Positions 57,146-64,000 of a DNA stretch of 64,000 nt are shown here, one piece after another. Numbering within the stretch: the first letter of the stretch is position 1; each line of letters begins with the position of its first letter. This DNA is from the human T2T-CHM13v2.0 reference genome, Homo sapiens. The notes beneath the pieces are model-generated. The model was not told the DNA's origin. It ran no database searches and worked only from the letters and a program-made list of their open reading frames with translations. Position numbers and translations under genes: made by a program. The stretch is from the NCBI RefSeq assembly GCF_009914755.1, contig NC_060932.1; one strand, 5' to 3'.

Positions 57146-60100
57146 TCAGAAAGAACCTAGTTTCCAACATCTATCACCAAGCAATTTGGAGAATGAAGTT
57201 GATATTTACAGAAAAAGTGATGTAAAGATTGGTTGAGAACATTGGGGAAATGGTCCAGACTAGAGATGAAGATGGAAGGTAGCTGCATGCAGGCATAGAT
57301 AACCACATCCCAAAGATCATACGAAGCCAGCAGAGGCCCACGAGTAAGCATCTGGAATACAGTTAGGAGCATGGGAGCATCAACTGGCCTTTCCCCATTT
57401 GGGAAATGCAGATAAGTGTATCAACATTATTAAATTACTGCATGATTCAAATGAAATAAATGCAAGTAAATTGCTTAGCACAGTGTCTAGAACATAATAT
57501 GTGCTCAATAGATCTGTTACAATGACGTGACAATGATGATAAGGAGGAGGATCATTATCATCATCATCATTATGATTGCCATGAAAATGTTAAATTCTTG
57601 AAGATGTTCCCTTTTGGGGACTTCAGGGACAGGAGAAGGAGGAAAACTTCCATGATGAATCAAAGGCAGTAATGGGAAGGATAGGAGGAGACAATGGAAA
57701 GCGGATGTCTGTTATATCGTGTTACTGTCAGCTTGTATCTTTTTCCATTAGACTGGGAAATAGTGAAAATTCAGAGCCTAGAGAGTAAATATTGTTTATC
57801 TTTCTTTCCTGCACAGCACCAGGTCCTAAGACCCTAATACAGAGCAGATGTCCATGAAGTTCTCTGGACGTTGAATTGAAATTGAGGGATAGGTTTCTGA
57901 AAGTGGCCTTACGAGGCACATGTTGCAAAACGGTCAGGTTGGAAGATTACAGACAAAAAACTCATTGAGCTGGGGATGTAAAAGGCTTGGCTGGACTTAG
58001 GAAGAGTAGTTTGGACAGATTTCTTGAGATGCTAGGATGCAAAGAATTTAGGGACAATGGGGTGATGGAAAAGGGTACACACCTAAGTATAGACCACTAC
58101 ACATGAGTGTAGATCACCAATAGTCAAGGGATGACTCTGAGAGCAGGCAGAGAAATGACTGGACATGCTGGCTTCAGGTCACAATGCTGCAATTCACTAC
58201 AGCATGTCATTCAACCTCTCTGAGCCTCAGTGTCTTCATCTATAAAATTGGAAAAATGTCTGCCTTTATTTGTGTAACTTATATAATGGTGGTTGTGACA
58301 AGATTAATGGCTGCAAAGGAGAATGGCTGAGCCAACCTTCATCTTAGACTATGTCAAGATGAAGAGGAGTTGACACCCTGGATTCCCGTGCTGGGAGCCC
58401 ATGCCAGAGTCTTGATATTGTTAACCGAGGGTCACGTGGGTGATACTTGGGTGATACATGGGTCACATGGTAATTTGCAATGTACAAGTCAATTTCACAC
58501 CATTAACTCATAGGGCTTTCACTGTGACCTAAACAGGAAATGTACTGCTCTCTGTGCTTTGTTGCTGAGTTACAGATGCTCACAGAGCTTAGGTAATTTA
58601 TTCAGGTAAACCCACGCCATACACGGTAGGGCTGAGTGATGGCCCAATGACGCCTCACTTCAGACCTGGTGTTTGTCTTCTACATAGCTCTGCCCTTCTG
58701 CCACAAACTTGGACCAATCACATCTCAGCTCCACATTTTAAGAACAGGATTTAAAAAATAATAATTAAAGGAAAGTCTGACATGAACAAAGGTGATAAAT
58801 AACTAAAGTTTCTCTTCCTTGCTCAACCTAATCAAAATGTCAAAATGCTGGCTGTGAGAGCTACAAGGAAACCAAGCACATGGGTACAAAAATTTGCAGG
58901 ATCTGCAGTTCCAAGCGCTGTGACTCAGAGCCCAGGGGCAGGGAGTGACAAGACCCAGCTGTCGTTAGTGTTGTGTGGCTTCAGACACATGAATCTATTC
59001 ACCCAACTATTAGACAGCACACGTGTACTTGTTATCATTTGAGAGGCTAAAAGTATTTATGACATAAAAAGGATTATAATAAGCCAAAAAGAGGACAATT
59101 CACAGTTGTCAGTGGCTCCCTGGAGTAGAGAAGTAAATTACACAGTCTCTCTCTTCTATTGTTTGAAATTTTACCATAAAAATGCATTACTTTTATAATT
59201 TTCTTAAAACAGGTAAGTCCCCCTCAAAACGGATTTTGTGTGTCTGGAGTATGTCCAAACTTGAAAAGGCTGATTGTCACAGCCCAATCTCCAATTCCCA
59301 GCTCCCAAACTAGTTGACAAGAAAAAGTGGCATTTTTCCTCACCAAGGAACTTTTATGAAATAGTGGTGTTGCCATAAAAATGCCTCCCAGTCTATGAAG
59401 GAACAGGTTAGACCAGGGGTTCACCTGTGGAAGTCTATTCTCCATGTGGAAAAGCAAGTCATCTCCAGCGTCTGACTGTCCTCACCCCAGGCTGAGAGCT
59501 GGTGCTAACCCTCTACAACGCCCAATGCCATCGTTATGTCTGACATAGTAAGACTGTGAAGTCAGCACCCATCCCACCCACACTCACCTCCTTCCCCCAT
59601 TTATAAATATCTCCAATTGCTTTGTCTCAAATCATGAACTAAAGAGGAAAGTTAGATTTTAAAAAGTAGCATCTACCTATCTAAAGTCTTAAATCTGCTG
59701 ATTGAGCTCCACTCTTGGCTCAAAGAGTTATCTTTGAGTTATGATGAGTTATCTTTCTTCTACGTTTCTGCAGCCCTGTGCTTGAAATCTTCCTATGACT
59801 CCCATTAGAATTCATCCTAAATTTATCATTTGACTGTCTGCCCATCTACCTGGCCCTACATGGAGCTTCTGGAGAGAAAGAACCAAGACTGGTCCCTCTT
59901 GGTATCTCATCCACTTCACCCTCACCTATGCTGAAGACATGATACTTGTCCCTTCCTATAGTATGTGTTCAGAGTTTTCTTACTGAATCTGACAGGTGTG
60001 GTGCACCCAAATTCTGAACACACACTCCCAGAACTAACACACCCTTGATCCTTAGTGGATCCGTTATAATTGCATTCACACGAAGCAGCAGCTAGGAGAC

Positions 60101-60504
60101 ATCACGGTGACTTCAGCTCCCAATTGAATTGTCATTGACTTACTTAGTTCCCAATTGATAGTCAACCAAATACAACCCATCCATTGGATTCCTGAACATT
60201 TAAGTTTAATAGCTGTTTTTTTTTTCTTTTTTAGCATTTTTCCCTCTAAACGTTGAATCTATATGCAGGGGAAATCATCTGGCCCCTGGACTGCCTTGAA
60301 TGCTCCTGAGCCAAGAGTAACTTGAGGTCTTAAATGTCTATTCTGAAGCCCCTCTTTTGCACAGGGACAGTCATTGACTAGGAGGAGATGCCAGTCTATT
60401 AAATCTATCATCCCAGCATCCTCTTTCTCTGATGAAGTAAAATTAAACACCTTCTTTACTCATAAATTTGGTAGGTTTTAGACAATGATGAAGAATCGGA
60501 CATG

Positions 60505-60823
60505 GGCCGCACACAGTGGCTCATACCAGTAATCCCAGCAATTTAGGAGGCTGAAGCAGGAGGATTGCTTGAGCCCAGGAGTTCACATCTGGGCTCGAAA
60601 CCAGTCTGGGCAGCATAGTGAGACCCCATTTTATTTTCTACAGAAAATTTAAAATTTAGCCATGTGTGGAGGCATGCGTTTGTGGTCCCAGCTACTCAGG
60701 GGGCTGAAGTGGGAGGACCTCTTGAGCCTGACAGCTCAAGCTGTTGTGAGCTGTAATCATGCCACTGCACTCCAGCCTGCACAAAAAAGTGAGACTCTGT
60801 CTCTCAAAAAAAAAAAAAAAAAA
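60505..60823 (+). mobile_element. Alu (AluJ-like) upstream of DEFB103
   Basis: gaggattgcttgagcccaggagttc diagnostics, poly(A), degenerate TSD aagaatcggacatg / aagaatgagacatg. Confidence 0.92.
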
Positions 60824-61359
60824 TGAAAGAATGAGACATGTTTCACTCAAATTATAGCACCCCATCATAGGCCAAGGGCCAGGTGGTCAGCTAACCTTGA
60901 ATGTAGCCCATTTTCCTCCCTTACCTCACTACCAAAAAGCCAGTCCTATTGCCAGATATTGAATATGTCCAGGGCTGGATTTATTTGGTCCCCAGGAGGG
61001 TCTTAGACTCTCCCAGCATTTTAGGAAGAGAAAAAAAGCTCCAAAGCAGCAAAGTACGGACAAGTCAGCCCCCAGCCACATGCCCTGAGACTATTCCCCA
61101 AAGGGGGCATACTTGCTCATGCCAGCCCTATCTGTACCCACAACCCAATCTGACCCACACCCAGACAAGCCCCTGGAGTCCAGAGAGCACCCGGACAGCC
61201 ACAAATCCATAGGGAGCTCTGCCTTACCATTGGGTTCCTAATTAACTGAGTGAGTGGGTGTGTTCTGCATGGTGAGAGGCATTGGAATGATGCATCAGAA
61301 AACATGTCATAATGTCATCACTGTAATATGACAAGAATTGCAGCTGTGGCTGGAACCTT

Positions 61360-61365
61360 TATAAA
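61360..61365 (+). promoter_or_regulatory. DEFB103: TATA box of DEFB103
   Basis: TATAAA 60 nt upstream of the ATG at 61420. Confidence 0.75.
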
Positions 61366-61419
61366 GTGACCAAGCACACCTTTTCATCCAGTCTCAGCGT
61401 GGGGTGAAGCCTAGCAGCT

Positions 61420-61477
61420 ATGAGGATCCATTATCTTCTGTTTGCTTTGCTCTTCCTGTTTTTGGTGCCTGTTCCAG
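61420..61477 (+). CDS. DEFB103: Beta-defensin 103 (hBD-3), coding exon 1
   Basis: MRIHYLLFALLFLFLVPVP G|gtaaga; 58 nt, phase 1. Confidence 0.98.
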
Positions 61478-61631
61478 GTAAGATGGGCTGGGAAATCTAA
61501 GGATTGATCTAATTGAGAATATATAATTCAGAGTCAGTATTTCTCCATCCTTCAGAGTGCTTTGGACCAAGCAGGTTTGTTGTATGGGAACTAGGCATCA
61601 CCACTTTTTTTTCAGACAAGAATCATTAAGA

Positions 61632-61928
61632 GGCCAGGTGCGGTGGCTCATGCCTGTAATCTCAACACTTTGGGAGGCCGAGGTGGGTGGATCACGAGGT
61701 CAGGAATTCAAGACCAGCCTGGCCAAGATGGTGAAACCCCATCTCTACTAAAAATACAAAAATTATCTGGGCACAGTGGCGGGCACCTGTAATCCCAGCT
61801 ACTCGGGAGGCTGAGGCAGAGAATTGCTTAAACCTGGCAGGCGGAGGTTGCAGTAAGCCGAGATCACGCCACTGTCCTCCAGACTGGGTGACAGGGTGAG
61901 AGTACGCCTCAAAAAAAAAAAAAAAGAA
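61632..61928 (+). mobile_element. Alu in the DEFB103 intron
   Basis: Full Alu with a perfect 14-bp TSD AAGAATCATTAAGA (61618-61631 / 61929-61942). Confidence 0.96.
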
Positions 61929-62420
61929 AAGAATCATTAAGAAACTAAATAGCTCCCCAAAGCTATCTCTTTCCCCAACTCTTCAAGGGAAGATTATTAT
62001 ACCAGCTGATGAGACATGAATCAGACATAAAAGTTTAATGTAGCAGGAAAGATTGATTTACTCTGAGAATAGAAGCACAGGCTCCTGTTCTACTAAGTGC
62101 AATGGTTGGAGGTGGAGTGTTGGGGCTACCTCTGAGGACACCACAGCCTCAGCACCCCCACTGTTCCTGCGGCAGTCACAGGGTCACGCCACTTCCCCGG
62201 TGCCACTGTGGGTCCACAGCTGAGCTGCAGCCTTAGAAACATTGTCTATGGGTTGTGTAGTCATACCTTCATCTTCCTCCTGATTTTATAGAAAAAGGAA
62301 AAAGAAACAAAAGAATACAAGAAAAGCAAGAGATGAGTTATTTGAGGAATTCCACAAGCCTTGTACGTGTACCAAAAGCCTTCCTAAAACCTTTCCGTGT
62401 GTGCTGTTTTGTCATTGCAG

Positions 62421-62566
62421 GTCATGGAGGAATCATAAACACATTACAGAAATATTATTGCAGAGTCAGAGGCGGCCGGTGTGCTGTGCTCAGCTGCCTT
62501 CCAAAGGAGGAACAGATCGGCAAGTGCTCGACGCGTGGCCGAAAATGCTGCCGAAGAAAGAAATAA
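62421..62566 (+). CDS. DEFB103: Beta-defensin 103 (hBD-3), coding exon 2
   Basis: gtcattgcag|GT CAT GGA GGA..., encoding (G)[47 protein letters not shown]. 58+146=204 nt = 67 aa + stop. Confidence 0.99.
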
Positions 62567-64000
62567 AAACCCTGAAACATGACGAGAGTGTTGTAAAGTG
62601 TGGAAATGCCTTCTTAAAGTTTATAAAAGTAAAATCAAATTACATTTTTTTTTCAAAAAAAATTAGGAGCTTGATTTTTTTTTTTAAATCTGATTATTTT
62701 GGTACTTGTTTCCAAACAGACAACTCAGAAAATCTTAAGGACTCACCTTTCGTTCAAAGAAAGTAGAATCTCTGGAGAAATCTATAAGGGAGCCCAACCT
62801 TATTATCCAAGGGTTATCAGGTTCTATTCCTACTTTGTGAACGTTATGCCCCAGTGAAGTTGGACTCTTCACTCTCTTGGAATATGCCCTTTGCTTTCAT
62901 GTCATCCAAGCCTTGGGCCTTTTCAGTCCCTCTACCCCAAATGGCATCTGTCCACCAAATCTATCTCTAAGGTTTTCATGCATCCCTCAGGGGCTATCCC
63001 AATTCCTTCCAAAAACTTTGTCTTCAGAGAAATAAGGAAACTGGCTCTTCCTCAGATATTCACTTTGCTTTCTCTCACCCATGCCTCTGCTCTGGTTGAC
63101 CTCATGTCTGCCTCACTCCTCCAACTTCATCTCTAAACTTTAACCTGTCCTTCAGGGACCGTCTCACATTTTATCTCCACCTTAAAAACACAGGTGATTT
63201 CCCAAATGCTTACAGTCTTTCCTCTGGTTCACCACAGGGTTCTGACTTGAGTCCTCCATCTACAACCCTTGCTTGGTTTTTACATTGCGTACAGTGACAT
63301 ATTGCCAATCTCCATATTAGACTTTGTGAGCCTTAAAAGCAAGGAGTTTGTCTTAATTCTTCCTGTACTGCTTGTAAAGTGCCCTGAGCATGAAGGCTGC
63401 TCAACAAGTATTTATGAATTGAAGTACATTCAAACGATTTATTGATTGAATTATCTTTAATCATTCAAATGATTTGGAGGTACTGCAGTTTAACTATCTA
63501 GTGCTCTCTCAACGTTGACGCAGTAGGATTCCAGCAAATGGAGTGTGTGGTTTTTCATACCTGACACCAGACCCCAGTCATGGCTCCATGTATGGAGAAA
63601 AGACAATACAACAAGGCTCTTAGGAAGAAAGGCTCAAGGGCTCAAAAAGATGAGACTGCTCCTCACTTTACATCCAAAATGGCCTCACTGCTATGGGAAT
63701 CTCCCTCTGACAGCAGACAAAAGGGAACCTGTCAAGATGTGTGACAGCTGTGTTCAGACATTGGATAATAAGCAGTGCAACAGACCAATGAAGTGAGACT
63801 TTCGATTGCCCCCAGCTCACTACAGCAGCAGGGTCCAGACCACAGCACACAGAGGAAGACTCAAACGAAGTCCAGCAATCCTGAAGCATTGAAGAGACTG
63901 AAATCAAACTTCCCAAAGCACAAGACACCCCCACTTCCAGGGCAGAATAGCAGAGAGAGGGTGCCTAGAAGGAAGCAAGGCCCCGAAGTGTTGGTGGTGG

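Overview
Primate, almost certainly human, genomic DNA covering most of one unit of the 8p23.1 beta-defensin cluster. I assembled spliced genes by hand from GT/AG junctions, because the ORF track misses them. In order: DEFB105 (- strand, 3 coding exons, 78 aa) head-to-head with DEFB106 (+, 65 aa), DEFB104 (+, 72 aa, Gln at residue 38), the two-promoter alternatively spliced SPAG11/EP2 gene (+, two different beta-defensin exons) and DEFB103/hBD-3 (+, 67 aa). I cannot tell the A from the B paralogous copy. The rest is Alu, L1, MaLR/ERV LTR and DNA-transposon relics plus simple repeats; most short ORFs in the track are spurious. Repeat subfamily names come from my recollection of consensus sequences and need RepeatMasker/Dfam confirmation. 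This is a well-studied locus and I found no clearly new biological system. The best leads are: a palindromic AT-rich fold-back with a templated insertion in the DEFB106 intron, an L1 with both a 5' inversion and a 3' transduction, two candidate degenerate defensin exons, a possible LTR-driven antisense transcript into SPAG11, and the uniform phase-1 exon architecture that would permit inter-gene chimeric defensins.
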